A stretch of 64,000 nt of DNA from the human T2T-CHM13v2.0 reference genome, Homo sapiens. The stretch's first letter is position 1. Every line of letters starts with the position of its first letter. The DNA is taken from assembly GCF_009914755.1 (NCBI RefSeq), contig NC_060944.1; one strand, written 5' to 3'. The position numbers were made by a program, and so were the translations under genes. The notes under the pieces are model-generated. The model was not told the origin of the DNA. It saw only the letters and a list, made by a program, of their open reading frames with translations, and did not search any database. Positions 40,389 to 58,290 of this stretch are shown here, piece by piece.

Positions 40389-43138
40389 TCAAATGTTACT
40401 TCACCTATTGAAGATCATATGGATTTCATTTTTAGACTGTTAATGTGACATTTATTCTTAAATATTAAATCTTTCTTGCTTTCTTGGGATAAAACTGACT
40501 TAGTCGTGATGGATTATATTTTGTATGTAATGCTGCATTTGATTTCCTAAAATAATGATTTCTGCTGGTATATTTATGAGAGATAATGGTTTGTAGTTTT
40601 ATTATGTATTTGGGTTTGTTATGAGAGTAATGTTGCTTTCAGAGAATGGTTTGGAAAGTATTTCCCTCTTCTAGGATTTTCTGGATTATTTTGTGTAGAT
40701 TTGATTAAGTGTTTTGTGCTGTTCACTAGTGAACCCCTTGGGACCTAGAATTTTTTTGTTGGAAGGTTTTAAAATACACATTCAATTTCTTGAAAAGATA
40801 TGTGGCTATGTAGGTTATTCGTTTCCTCTTGATTGAGCTTTTATAGTTTGTTTCTTTTTTAAATTGCTTATTTCGCCTAATTTGTTCAAATTTACTGACA
40901 AAGTTATCCATAGTATTTTCTTACTATATGTAGTATCTGTGATGAAAACACTGCTTTCAATTTGGATATTGGTAATGTGTGTCTTTACTCTTTTCTTCTT
41001 GTTCAGTTTGACTATGGTTTTATCATTTTATTGATTGATCTTCTCAAATAATCAGGTTTTGGTTTCATTGTTTTCTGTTCTTCTAATTCTTAAAATTCAT
41101 TCCATTCTGTTTACTTTGGATTTAAATAATTCTTTTTACAATTTCTTAAAGTGAGTGTTGCTACAGTCATTGATTTGGAACATTTATCTTCTCTAATGGA
41201 GGCATTCAGTACTATAAATTTGCCCCTAAATACTGCTTCAGCAGCATCCTACCAATTTTGTAATGTTATTTTAATTTTCATTCAGTTCAAAGTGCTTTAT
41301 GATTACCCTTTTGTGTTTTTGAAGTCGTTTCTAGAAGTATTTCATTTCCAAATATGTGAAGACATTCTACATATCTTTCTGTAATTGATTTGTAGTTTAA
41401 TTTTATTGTGGTCAAAGAACATATCTTGTATTATTTGAATCCTTTTAAATATATACAGACATGTTTTATTCCTCAATTATAGTCTAACTTGGTAAATCTT
41501 TGTGCGTTTAAGAAGAACATGTATTCTGTTGTAGTTGGGTGAAATGTTCTATAAATGCCAATTGGGTATTTGTTGATAGTATTGTTCCTTTTTCTATAAC
41601 CTTACTGATATTCTGTGAACTTTATCAATTATTGAGGGAGAGGTACTGAAATCTCTGAATATAATTGTGGAGTTTTCTATTTTTTCCTAGATACTACTTT
41701 TAGTTTTTGCTTTAGTTATTCTGAGAGTTTGTTATTTAAATGTACAAACCTGTAGAATTTTTTTTTTAGTGAATTGAACCCTTTGTCATTATTAAATGAA
41801 CTTCTTTGTCCTTAGTAATATTCTTTGCTTGAAAATCTATTTGGTTTGACATGAATATAGATACTCCAACTTTCTTTTGATTATGTTAGCATGATATATC
41901 TTTTCCATTATTTACATTAAACTTAGTTCTGTCTGTAGATTAAAGTACATCATTTCTTCTAGGCAACATATATTGGATATTACTTTTTAAATCAAATGTG
42001 ACTTCTCTGCCTTTTATTTTATATATAGAACATTTATATCAATTGTGATTATTGATAAGGTGAAGCTTAAATTTACCTCCCTCTATTCTGTATTTGCTTC
42101 ATCTTTTGTCTCATTCTTTTTCTTCCTGCTCCTCCTTCTTTTGCATTGAATGTGTTTTCATGATACAATTCACTTCCTTTAAAGGCTTATTACCTATAAC
42201 TCTTTTGTTACATTAACGGTTGCCTTTTGCATTTATAGTATATAAAATTGATTTATCACAATCTACCTTTAAGCAATATGATGCGTCTTCACAGAGAGCA
42301 CATTATAGTAGGATATTTTCATTTCTCTTCTATTGGCCTTTGTGCTAATGTTGTCCTACGTTTTCTTTAACATATATTGTAAACACCATTCCACATTGCT
42401 GTTACATTCTACATTGTTGCTAATTATCTTTTGAAAATATTTAAATAATAAGGAAACATTGTATATTTGCTCATGTATTTACCACTTCAGGTGCTCTTCA
42501 TTCCTTTGTGAAAATCCATATTTCCATCCATTGTCATTTTTCTTCTGCCTAAGTACCTTCTTTAACATTTCTTGTACTAAGTCTTCTCACAATGAATTTT
42601 TTCAGCTTCTTTATGTATAAAAGAGTCTTTATTTTACCTTCATTGTTGAACTATATTTTGGATCTGAATAGAATTCTGGGTTGACACGTTGGTGGTTGGT
42701 TGTTTTCCCTCTGTGGAGTTTTTTTTTCCACTGTCTTCTCACCTGTCGTCTTTTGATGAGAAAACTGCTATCATCTTACCTTTATTTCCCTATATGTAAT
42801 ATTTCTTTGGAACTAAATATTTTAAGTCACTTTCACATTTGAGTACTGGTAGGTGGAAAAATAAGATCTTTGGACTGTGAAATCTGCCTCTTCATCTCTA
42901 GACTCGGTCTAAATCCTGTGTATGAGGCACGATGCTGGGCACAAGAGATATGCAGATACATAACATGTAGGTCCTAGGGCCTATTTTCAGGAAACTCATA
43001 GTCTAATGAAGGAAACCCAGGTCACTTCCCACTGCTGGAAGGTGGCCTCCTTTCTGTCTTCCTCTCTATCCTTCCAAATACACCTTTGACTTTGAAAGCT
43101 GATACACCTTCTTAATAAGCCAGTCAATTGATTCCTCT

Positions 43139-43176
43139 AAGAATAGAAAAGGGCTTCAAGAATAGAAAAGGGCTTC
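43139..43176. repeat. 19-bp perfect tandem duplication
   Basis: aagaatagaaaagggcttc x2. Confidence 0.95.
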
Positions 43177-43289
43177 AATAACAAAGCTGGTAAAAGTATC
43201 ACTGTTTCTAAATGGAAGTGCCTTCCTCCCCACCACAGTAACTTTGATCGTCTGGGTTGTTAAGGTGTTAGACTTGTTCTTTTCATACC

Positions 43290-43914
43290 TGATATGGTTA
43301 GGCTTTGTGTCCCCACCCAAATCTCATCTTGAAATTGCAGTTCCCATAATCCCCACAGGTCGTGGGAGGCAATTTAATCCTTGGGGAAGTTACCCTCGTG
43401 TGAAAAAGATAGATTTGAATATCATGTAATAGTGAGTTCTCACAAGATCTGATGGCTTTTTAAGAGGCTTTTCCCCCTTTTGCTCAGTGCTTCTCCTTGC
43501 TGCAGCCATGTGAAGAAGGATGTGTTTTGTTTTGTTTTTGTTTTTTTTTTGGCCCGGGTTCAAGCCATTCTCCTGCCTCAGCCTCCCGAGTAGCTGGGAC
43601 TATAGGTGCCCACCACCATGCCTGGCTAATTTTTTTTGTATTTATAGTAGAGATGGGGTTTCACCGTGTTAGCCAGGATGGTCTCAATCTCCTGACCTCA
43701 TGATCCACCCCCTTCGGCCTCCCAAAGTGCTGGGATTACAGGCATGAGCCGCCATGCCCGGCCAGAAGGACGTGTTTGTTTCCCGTTCTATTGTGACTAT
43801 AAGCTTTCTGAGGCTTCCCCAGCCCTGCAGAACTGAGTCAATTAAACCTCTTTCAGTTATAAATTACCCAGTCCCAGGTATGTTTTCATAGCAGCATGAG
43901 GATGGACTAATATA
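43290..43914 (+). mobile_element. THE1-type MaLR solo LTR interrupted by an Alu
   Basis: tgatatggttaggctttgtgtccccacccaaatctcatcttga ... gatggactaatata. Confidence 0.92.
43528..43763 (-). mobile_element. Alu (Sc/Y-like) lacking its 3'-terminal ~60-70 nt
   Basis: TSD agaagga[t/c]gtgttt at 43514-43527 and 43764-43777; the T-tract abuts ggcccgggttcaag. Confidence 0.93.
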
Positions 43915-44539
43915 ACATCCAAGGTACTGATTTGCAGAAAGGTAGGAGTTAGGCAGTAATATGAATCCACATAGAACTAAAAGTATGTTTTTGTTGCACT
44001 TAGTAATGAGGGGTCACCATCACTAAGCCATTTTTCTTCTTGTGTTGATCATCAAGGATCAGAGAGTTCATAGTCCTAGCTGGGATCATGGGCTCATCGC
44101 TTGAGTCGGGTTTACTCTGCACACGGATGGATAATCCTATCAATAATGCCACAACAGTGCATGTGGTTCCCAGTGGGAGATAGGAGTGCTGTTATACAGA
44201 GGAGAAGGAACAGATGTCCACCAGGTGAAAACAAAGAAGCCCATTGCATTTACAAATATTATGACCAGTAAGATGGTGCAATGTGAAGACTCTTCCCTGT
44301 CCCTACTAAGCACCAAAGTATTGATAACACACATATCTCAGCTCAACTTGTCAAAGTTGCTGGTTTTCCCACAGCTTCTCATCTCAGTAATTGTTTGCAA
44401 AGAGTTGTTTAGAAGTATAAAGCAATGCTGATATTCATAATATTTCTACTTTTTAGGGCTTTATCTAGTTAATTTCTTCTTAAAAATAGAATCAACCTTG
44501 AAACGTTGATTAATTTTTTTTTCAGAAAATGTTACATGC

Positions 44540-44919
<380 letters not shown>

Positions 44920-45959
44920 TCAAAAGCGTACGTAGTGAAGTGGCTCTATGCCTTGGGAAGTGTATGCTGATGTATTTACTATGAAATGTGAAGCCCCTAT
45001 TCTATAGTCTGCTGCAAAGCACTCCAGTTCTTCTGAATGTTCTGTACAGTACATAATTTGAACTGTAATAAGACAATTATTTGTATGGGATTTGCAAATA
45101 TTTTCATTTATAGTTGTCTTTGTGACATTCTAACATCACCACATGTGAAGGTCACTAAAACAATGTACCTAAAAATGCGTATTAATATTAATAAAGATTC
45201 CTAAGTAATATATCATATACCATGTTCACCTCTGGGCTCATAGAACATTTGGTCTTTGTTTTATTTAGTTTTAGATTTCAATGACTCTGACATGACTGGA
45301 CGTAAACCATACATAATAGTAAAATTCTATTCTGGAGCCTAGGATTTGCAGCCTAAGGCATTCTGACCGGGAGTCTGCCCCCATCTTCTTTGTCTGCTCC
45401 ACCCTTTCCTCCACTGCAGACAAGGTAATAAGTATAACTCTTTGTTTTTGACTCTTTGAAAATCAGAGAAAACGTAGAGGAGTTCTTTTTTTCTTCCCCC
45501 AATGCATTTCTTTTATATAAAGGACATTTTTTCAATTTAAGCTCTGTGAGGGCAAGAATTCTCTTCCACGCTCTGTCCTAGCATCTAAAACAGTACCTCA
45601 CATAGATGCTCTTGGGTGTTGTTTAAAAATGCATGCTTATAGCAACCAATGCACAACGTCTTACCCAAAACCAATTATCTTAAAATCCTAGAATGGGAGC
45701 CTTGTCATGGTCCTGAGCGAGGTCTGTCAGCCTTATTATAATAATGACTAATGAGCAATCTGCACAAGGACTTGGGTTTGCTCGTTATGTCTGAGGTTGC
45801 ACAATGTGTTAATGATGGAGTGAGGAATTCAGTCTAGCTTGGATGATTCCAAGTCGATGAAAAGGATATATTTTTGTCATTCAGGAGAACCACCCTGGCA
45901 AACACACAACAATTCAAATTATCTCAAGACAACTAGAAATGATTATTTTCTTTGCAAAA

Positions 45960-48444
<2,485 letters not shown>

Positions 48445-49233
48445 CAATGAGCCAGGCATAGGAGACACGAGAGGATAGTGGGGACCGTGGGAGACCACAG
48501 AAGGTGCTTTTCTGCTCGTCACTGCCCCAAAGAAACTGGAAGTAATTTCCTTATTTTGAAAACCCTGGGATGAGCCAAACACAATTTCTGTGAGCAGGAC
48601 TCTACACATGCACTGCCTGCACGCCACTCCTGGGGCAAGAGCTAGTTAGTGTGATTGACACTGGGATGCAGAGAACCCAAGCAACAAAAGGCATGCCCTC
48701 TTGCCAACCTGCTCTTCTCTCTGCTCTCATTGCTTCCCATTCTGTTGGTGACTTCAAAAAAGGACATTTCCATTCCACAGCTGTATGCAAAGCTATGAAG
48801 CCCAGCCAGGCTGACCTTCTGGTGGCACGGTTAGGAAACAGTGTGTCTTATTTTCGGAAATTAGGAATTGCTGACCAGAAAGCCCAAACGAAGACCATAA
48901 ATGCTAGAGACTGACAATGCTCAGAGGTTTTCGGGGTCTGACTCTGAGCTGCAAAGGCAATGCTTATTTATTCTTTCCATTTAATACAGTTCAGTAACCT
49001 TTAGAAATATTTTGAAAGTTGAAATATGCAGTACAACTGGCAGCATCTAGACAAATTTATTTAGCCGGAGCTTGTAGCATTAATCAGTATCTGGAAATGA
49101 AGGCTTCTATCTCCACTCAGTTTTTTGGGGGATTGTTGGAAAAATTAAACATTTTGGTTAAACAATTTTTTGAAGAAGCATTTTTGACTCACGCCATGCA
49201 ATCCGAGCAAGTGTTTTTGTAGAAGAGTTTTAT

Positions 49234-49841
49234 TGTCAGGAACAGGGCTTTGGAAACCCTGACCAAGAAGGCCTTAACCTTCCCCTCAGCTTGACTAGAC
49301 ATTAGAGGGACCTCTTCATACCACTAGGCCCTGACCTCCCTGTTTTTCTAGAGCGTCTACTATGGGGAACTCATAATTGCAAATTCTTTCTCTGCCCCAT
49401 TGAGATGTAAATATTTTTAAAATCCTCTTGCCAATTTGGCAGCTCAGGAATGCCTTTTCCAAGAAGCTAGGAGCCATCCCTTGGAAAGGGAACCACTAAA
49501 GGAGATGGCATCCCTATCTCCCAGTTTCTGTGGGAGAGTAGGAACTAACATCAGTGGGCTCCAATTAGCAAATACAGATGGCCCAATCATAGAGAAAAAC
49601 ATGTGTACACTCAGGAATAAGTCAACGTGCTGGGCACATCTCATGGATCAACTCTTCCCCACACCACCTTTCCCCACCTTCTTTCCACCAGTGCAGCCCA
49701 GCGCCAAAAACCCTCCTGCCTTTTGTTTCAGCTGGGTTAAGCTCAGACTGAGTTCTAGCCTCTCCCGAATTGCGATAGCTTTGAATAAAGTCTTCCTTGC
49801 CTGTCAAACTCTATCTGGTACATTTTTTTTGCTTTGAATCA
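49234..49841 (+). mobile_element. MER67-like ERV1 solo LTR
   Basis: ccttcccctcagcttgactagac ... aattctttctctgccccattgagatgtaaat ... ttgaataaagtcttccttgcc. Confidence 0.8.
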
Positions 49842-51029
49842 CACCATTGTTTTTTAGTTATTTATATTTTCATTTATATAAGATTTTGTATACTTATATT
49901 CTGAACTTTATAGGAGAGCCTGTTCACTTCTTGCAGGAATTACGATGTTTGTGGGTTGTCGTTGGTGTGAATTCCAAACCAAATGTTGCATTATGATTGA
50001 GCGAAAGGCAGGCCACTGATCTTCCAGAACAGCCTCAAGTCCCACTGCTCAGTGTGCCCAGTGGGGATGTTGGAAACAGAAAAGATACAAAGAAGTCCGT
50101 GGTTCAGAACCCAAGGGCTCCTCGAAAGGCTTGGCGTCATCTCTAATAAAGACTCGGCTTTTGCTCAAGATCCCTTATGCTTGAAACCTAACAGTCTCCG
50201 ACAGTGTGTTCTTGATTATTCCAGCCACAGAAGAGGCACAAAGGGTGGCCTAGACCCAGGTGACTTCCTGTGGCACTGGGCTGGGCCTTCTCTGGCCAAA
50301 TCTAGACTTGTTAGCTTTTGCCAGAATTTGTGATCTGAGCCACAAGAGCCTTTTTCCTCACGTAGTCTATTTGTCACTTCTGCTTCTCCAAAGAGAGTGA
50401 AATTCTGCAGGCAACAGCCACAGCTTCTGGTCCCCTTTAACCTCACCCTGTAGTGCTGGGCACTGAGCAGATATTCAATGTACGTCTTTGTTGGCTTGGC
50501 TAGAAAGATATTTGTATCTGTTACTTACTAACTGCATTTCCCATAGGCTAGCTAGCAGTGCTGGCCTTTGAGAATCTGTGGGCTTAGGAGAAGTTTCCTT
50601 TGAAGCTTATCAGGTATAAGATCCCTTCCTTTGTTAACCCAGTTCTCCTATTTCCTCTCTACACACACATTGGCCACCACTTATGCACCAATCACTGTGC
50701 CAGACACTGGGACAAAAACGTTAATTCAAGTTGCTAATCTGCACACTGAATTGAGAGTAGATTTCCTTCGTTAATAGATTTTGTCCACCTAAGAATTCAT
50801 TTACTGAGTGAATACGAAATGTGATTTGATTCCTTCAAAGTCGGTTTACATGAGCAACTCAGGCACACATCTACTATGTACAGCTGAATGCCCAGTTTAC
50901 ATCTGTAGAAGCAGAAATTAATTTATCATGAATGGGAGGGGAAGTAGAGATATTATCTTATGTATCCTGATTATGTGTCCGGCAATTTGGCAATCTTTAT
51001 GTATATGTTTTCTTATTTAATTTTCACAA

Positions 51030-51170
51030 CAGATCTTGGAGTTAGGCAGAATCGTTACGCTTACTGGATTGACAGGGATACGGAGGCTTATAACAATTAA
51101 ATATCTCCAGTAAGTCCACACCATAGGGTACCTGATATCTGAACCCAGTTCTGTCTGACGTGGAACATGG
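51030..51170 (-). mobile_element. MIR SINE fragment
   Basis: acagggatacggaggctta ... gatatctgaacccagttctgtctgac. Confidence 0.6.
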
Positions 51171-51269
51171 GGTCCCACAAGGGGGGCAAGACTTCCACAG
51201 ATTCTTGGGTCAGTATTATTTTCATGAGGGTACATTGCCTCTTCCTCACTGTTAAGAAAGCAGATTGCA

Positions 51270-51561
<292 letters not shown>

Positions 51562-51577
51562 AAAAGCAGATTGCAGG

Positions 51578-51955
51578 GAATATTACTCAGCCATAAAAGG
51601 AATGAGGTACAGATGCATACTGTGGTGCAGATGAACCCTGGAAACATTATGCTAAGTAAAAGAAGCCAGCATGAAAGGTCACATGTTGTGTCATTCTGTT
51701 GGAACAAAATATCAACAACAGGCAAATCCATAGGAGCAGAAAGAAGATGAGTGGTGGCCCAGGACAGGATGAAAGTGAAAGTGGGGACAGCTAATGGATC
51801 TGAGGTTTCTTTTTAGGGTGATGAGAATGTTTTGGAACTATGCAGAGGTGAAGGACACACAACATCCTAATGTACTAAATGCTACTGAATTGTGCTCTTT
51901 AAATGGTGGCTTTATGTTATGTGAAATTTGCCTCAATTAAAAAGAAAAAAAAAAC
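51578..51955 (+). mobile_element. L1MB-type 3' end
   Basis: tattactcagccataaaaggaatgagg ... gggtgatgagaatgttttggaacta ... cctcaattaaaaag. Confidence 0.85.
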
Positions 51956-52189
51956 AATAGAACTCCCCACTAATCTGGTGAGTCGGAAGAAAGGGCGGCT
52001 GCTTTCTGCACTGGCAAGGCCTAGGCCATGTTCTAACCTGTGATGCCATGCTGTGGGATTGCAATAGGACCAGGTGGGCATCCCTGCAAATTTTGACTTG
52101 GGGTCTGAATTAGCACTTGTTGGTGGAAGTGGGTCGTCAGGGATGAGTACGAGGGATCCATGCCAAGGTTATCGCCTCCAAGGGTAGCA

Positions 52190-52375
52190 CAGCTGCAGAG
52201 AGCTCAGGCTCTGGCTGGGATCTAGCCCAGACCCCTCCCAGATGGGCAATTCTTCCTAGGCTCTTCCAAGCCTCAGTTTCCTCACCTGTGAGGCAATATC
52301 TTCCTCTTACTGATTTTGTGTGGGTTAAGAACCAAGGTATGTAAAGACCCAGTACTGTGCCTGACACATTCCCAG
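52190..52375 (+). mobile_element. MIR SINE
   Basis: aagcctcagtttcctcacctgtga ... gtaaagacccagtactgtgcctgacaca. Confidence 0.8.
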
Positions 52376-55300
52376 TGAGCCCCCAGCCAGTGGGACCTCA
52401 CAGGTCAGTGCTCTGCCATGGCACAGAGACCCTGTTGGTAAAGGTCAGGTTGTGCTGTGCCCCACATAGCTCCAGAGCATGCAGGTTACTCAGTAGGGCA
52501 GTAAGGTGTAAGCACATGGTCTTGAGGGACCTTCCCAAACTCCCCCATACATAATTTCCTTAGCAAATGCCCTCTGCTTTCCCGGGCCCTATGGCAGGTC
52601 TGATTTTGTTCTACTGATTCCCCACGGGCCACGTGCATCAGCTTCAGAAACACAGGAGCTGGTGTTCACACACACAGAGTCCTTGGGGAGGCTCTCCCAG
52701 CCCACAGGCAGTGAGATTCACAGGTGCCTTGGAATTTATCAATCACACAGTGGCTCGTAGGAACCATGGCCATGACAGTCCCTTCTCTGAAGGACGAAAG
52801 TGCCTAGTGCAAGTTGCCTTGACCCAGAGAACAAAGCGCCCTTCTCAGGGTGCAGTGTGTTTACTTGCAATCTGGTGTTCATTTTCAGAATGTCTGAAGC
52901 ATCCTTTGGACCAAAGGCTGCTGCATAATAGAGGCCCACAGCTCTTCCAGGGCTCCTTGACATTTGGGAGGCAATAGCTCTATTGTTCTCTGCCTCAAAG
53001 ATATTAAGCACAAACCCTTGAGGATGCTTTCTGTGTCTTTTTGCTTGAGGCAGGAGAAAAGCAAAACTTTGTCTTTTCCTCTTGAATGTGAACACTCAGG
53101 GGCTAAATCAAGAAACAACCAACACAAAATCATATGCAGGAGGGTTGGTAGAATTTGCTCTTCGGCTTAGGGACAGCTGCAGTAAGCTTTGTCATGAGCA
53201 ATTTGAAGCCTCAAGAAAAAGTCGCACTCAAGCCCCCTGGCTTTATCCAGCTGAGCATGACTGAAGTCCCAGCTGTCCTCCTCTCCACTTGAAGCTCAGC
53301 CTTGCGTACCTGCTTTTGTAGCCAGAGCATTGTGATGAGAGGGAGGATGCTGCTCCGGGCTGGATTCAGGGTGGGATCACGCTCACCTTAGATCCCAGCT
53401 TGTCCAGCATCGCCGCCTCCTGGCCGACAGGCTGTGCTGCTGTGGTTCTGGGGGCCATGCACTACAGGGAGGTCTGCAAGTGTCCACTCTGATCCATTCC
53501 TGACCTTGAGAGTGGCTGTCCTTGTGACTGGAATATAGCCTGAGGGGAACTTTTAGGGGTGCCAGTCATGTTGTGTTGCTTGGTCTGGGTGCTGGTTATA
53601 TGAATTTGTGCAGTTTGAGAAAATTCATCACACATTCGTTATCTCAATAAATACACCTTTCAAAAGGTATCCCTGAACTGATCTGCAGTAGCTGCACTGA
53701 TTCCCCATCCCTGTTCCTTTACACTGAATTATGAGTTGGACATGCCCATGGTAAGTCTCTGAGCTCATAAGGCCTTAATGAAAGGTTGCACATGGGCACT
53801 GAAGACCTTTGAGGTAATGAAGGTGAGGAAGAGTACTCCAGATGGAGGGAACAGGCATGCTGGAGCTCAGACCCCAGAGACGCATTAGAAATGCTGGAAG
53901 CCCCATGGAAGGGCAGTGTCTGCATGCTATTGACGTGAGCTGAGGAGTCCAAGGGGTTCTTGTAAAATACACTGCCCCGTATCTGGATCTGACCATCTGA
54001 CTTCGAGTCCCCTGTCCTTTCAATGTCTCCACCCGGCCCGCCTCAGACCTCCCACCTACTTCCACTCCTGGAGGGACAGGCTCTCCACCCTATGTTGTGT
54101 CCTGTCTGTGACTGAGCCCTAAGTCTCAGGCCACACCTTTGTTCTCGTCTTCATTTCCTGATCCTGTCCTTGCCCACGTCCTGCACCCAGATCAGACCCC
54201 AAACCTCCTCTGGTATTTTTGTCTTCACCAATGTCCTGGTGCGGGACAGCTGGTCTACCTGGTAACAGCAAAGCCTGCCAGGCAACTATCCTGTCTCTAT
54301 CAGCACTGCCTTTACCACAGCGGCCTTGTCCTGCTGCCCACCTAGCAGCGGAATGCGATATTTTAGAGAACTTTTCCTCCTAAGAAGAAAGGCAGCCTGT
54401 AAAAACTATGCTCTTTTTTTTTCCTGCTCCATTTTCAGTGAAACCAGAGGACAGATGGTCATCGTACCCCATGTTAAAGAAGAAAAAAATCTCACAATTA
54501 AAACTGAAATGACCAGCATGTAAAAATATCATCTCACCAGACTTCTAAAATACAAAATAAATAGCAACATTTCCTGATTGCAGTAAAGCTCAATGGTGGA
54601 GTTCTCTTTTTCAGAGTAGGCCAAATAATCATATAAGCTCACAAAACTTTAAAAGAACATAAATGATTTCTTTCATTTCTTAACCAAGGATTGTGAGGCA
54701 CTAATTTACATGACCTCTGTCTGTCTTCGCGGCAGGGGACTTTAGTGCAGTTGTGTTCAGAAGGGAGTCTCATGAGGACCGGGGCCACTTGGAGCCTCAG
54801 TGCTATTTTCGTGTCAGCAGACAAAAGTGGGAACAAAGCTTGCCTTCGTTTCAGATATGCAGGGGAGCTTGCTGCTGCACGAAGCTCTCAGAAATACTCG
54901 GAAGATGAACAATGGCTCCCAGAGAACATGAGCAAGACACATTTCAATTTCAGAAACAAATGCACATGAAAGATCATCTTTTATTGGAGAACATACGTTA
55001 AGTTATCCTCTTTTCAAAAACAACCAGGAAACAGTGACCTTTCCAATGCCTTCATCAGCTGCAGTTTTAGGAGAACATAATAAATGCTACTAGACACCGT
55101 GGAGCAGAAAACACAAGGATTCAACAAATTAAACTTTGGAACACACACCAAAGACACCCAGAGTGGACCTGTGTATACAGTCACTGCTATTGTATTATTT
55201 TTTCCATCAAAAAGTTGACATTCAGAATATTCAAGATATATGACTGCCCTTTCAGACTTCATATTTGGATTTATTTCCTGTTGATGCTGTGTTTATTTAG

Positions 55301-56305
55301 ACTTGTATTAATGTCATGCATCAGAAATGGGTTACCATGAAAACAAAATTTCTTACTTGACTTTTTGCTCTCCAAATTCAGCATGGATGCCAGTAAAAGA
55401 ATGAGATGTTAGGTTAGGTTTGATGCGCTTATAGCTCTTTATATGTAAAAGTGTAGTCACTGAAATCTTTTCTGGTGTGATTTTCCTTCCATCATTTTGT
55501 TTATGAGAATGTATGAGTTAATAAGCTACAAAGAGCTAGAAATTAAATTAGGTTTAAAATTCAGGGAAATAGAATAAAGAGAATAGGCTTACATATATAT
55601 TGGGAAAGTGATCACATCTGGATGGTTTGGAGGGCCTCAGGAGAAAAGCCAGTTCCCTGTGCTAGAATTTGTCCTCTTTCCTGCTTTTACGGCTTGCACA
55701 TAGGTTTGTATTGTCTTCCTGAGGTTTACTTACCAGCAAGGTTTCATCACCACCACCAGCTTATTTTCAAACCAAGTATGATTGTTGTGACTTACAAATT
55801 TTCTTGTCTTCTTCTTGTTCCTACACTCACTTTCTTAGGCTCTGGGACTATGGAAAGGACAAATGACAACTGCCACGTGAGCTCACCTCAGTGTAAGATG
55901 ACTTATGGGGCCTCCTGTATACTGGGGGCAAAGCTAACCCTGTTTCCAACTGACAGGGCTATGCATGTCTCCTCGGACTTGATACTCAGAGGTTTTTTTT
56001 TGTTTTTTGTTTTTTTTTTTTTTTTTTTTTTTTAGCTCAAAATATCAAGTAAAGTAAATCATTTAATCTTTCTTGGGAATGAACTGTTGTGTTGGCCAAT
56101 AATGAACATGAACATGATGCATCTGAAAGTAGAAGATGCTAATCTTGCAAATCTATTTTCTTTTCCTTAATGAGTACAAAGAGATTTTTTTTTTAAGTCT
56201 GTGGTCCTGCAGAAACCAAAAGATTATGGCATACAATTATCTCACTGTCAAAAATTACACTTTGGTTGAAAATGAAGTCTACTTTCTTGAATATTTAGCC
56301 TTTAA

Positions 56306-56628
<323 letters not shown>

Positions 56629-56949
56629 TAATCTCTCTTTTTCATTTAAGCTCATTCTCCATTACAAGTTAAGATATGACAGCCAAGCATTTACTGAGGG
56701 CTAATAATGCAGATGACTGACCCCAATGGCAGCCACACCTGGAGAGGTGCCGAGCACTTGCAACTCTGGTCAGAGGCTTGCTCCAGGGGTGAGGGGTAGG
56801 AGCAAAGTCATCCAGATGAGTGTTCATCTCTCTGGGAAGAAGAGATCAGAGAGGGGTCTCGGGATAAAGTAGAACCAAAGACCTTGAAGGTCAGGCAAGC
56901 TTCAGAGAGACTTAACACAGGTAGTTGCCCAAGGCAGAAACTCTCCTCT

Positions 56950-57930
56950 ATTTCACCCCATCCCAATTTATCTGTTAACTTTTACCTCTCAAATATCTCT
57001 TGACCACATCCACTTGTAAACTGCCCTCTTCCCACATTGTAGCTCAGCTACCACCACTCCTTCCTTCCTGGACGGTTGAAGCAGCCTTCTCTCAACGTTC
57101 TGTTCCTACACACTCACTGTTCTCTAACCCATTCTCCATGTGGCAGTCAGAAATGCAAAACTCATCCTGCCCTTCTCCATTGCAAACATTCAAGGACTTC
57201 CCATTGTCTCTAGGATTGAGCCTAAACATTTTAATCCTTATGTCCCAGGCCCTTCACAGCCTGACTCCTACTTGCTACTAACCTCATCTCATGATGCCCT
57301 GACTTGGTTCCCCCAGCACTCAAGTCTTAGTCGATTTGTTTAGCTCCTCAAAAACACCGTGCTCTTCTCTGTCTCTTTCTGTCTCTGTCTCCCTCTGTTT
57401 CTCTGTCTCTTGTTTCCTCCTCCATCTCCTGGCCTTCTACATACTATCCCCTTTGCTTAGGATCCTGTTCTTCTCTTTCTTGCCTGGCTATCTCCTGTTT
57501 ATCTACTAAGAATCAGATTAAATATCACTTCGCCTGGGAAGCCTTCCTTGACCCTCATGGAGCCCATCAGAGTATTTTTCATACTTTATTATCCCTATTT
57601 GATTTTTTTATTAGGCTACATATAGAAGTCCATAAATTATGGACTTCAGCCAAATCTATTTTTGTAAAGTCATATTCGCCATGCCCATTTATGTTTATAT
57701 TGTCTACGGCTGCCTTTACACTGCAGTAGCAGAATAGTTGTGACAAGGAGGCATATGACCCACAAATCTCAATTATTATTATCTGGCCACTGACAGAATG
57801 AGTTTGCTAATCTCTGCTAGAAACAATTAGCTCATATATCCCGGCATTATTCCATCATTATGACCGGGGACAGTGCCCAGCAGTAGTCACTTATTAGATA
57901 TTTGTTGAATGGGTGAATAAATGAATGATT
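56950..57930 (+). mobile_element. L2 fragments, interrupted by MER58A
   Basis: ccattctccatgtggcagtcaga, gggaagccttccttgacc, terminal tttgttgaatgggtgaataaatgaatg. Confidence 0.75.
57623..57816. mobile_element. MER58A (hAT-Charlie)
   Basis: tattgtctacggctgccttt ... tatctggccactgacagaatgagtttgctaatctctg. Confidence 0.8.
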
Positions 57931-58069
57931 GTTGCACACACAGGCAGAGGAACACAGCACTAAAGCCAGACAGTGGACACAACTGGATTACCTTTGCAGA
58001 AGGTTTGCTATGTAGAAAAATACTAAGCACTGAGGTTCTTACTGCTGCTATTGCTGATATTATTTCTAC

Positions 58070-58290
58070 CAGTTATGTATTGACTGTTTACCACATGCCA
58101 CATACAGAGCGAACTGACTTACCTGGCTTTTCTCATTTAATCCTCTCCACAATCTAATATGGCTGGTTCTATTGTGATACCTATTTTACACAGAAATCAA
58201 CTGAGTCTGAGAAAATTCAAGGGACTGGCCATCATTCTACAGCTAGGAAGTGGGCCATGGGGAGCCCACCATTTTAATCTCTATGCTTCC
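58070..58290 (-). mobile_element. MIR SINE
   Basis: ctcatttaatcctctc ... cctattttacacagaaatcaactgagtctgaga. Confidence 0.75.
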
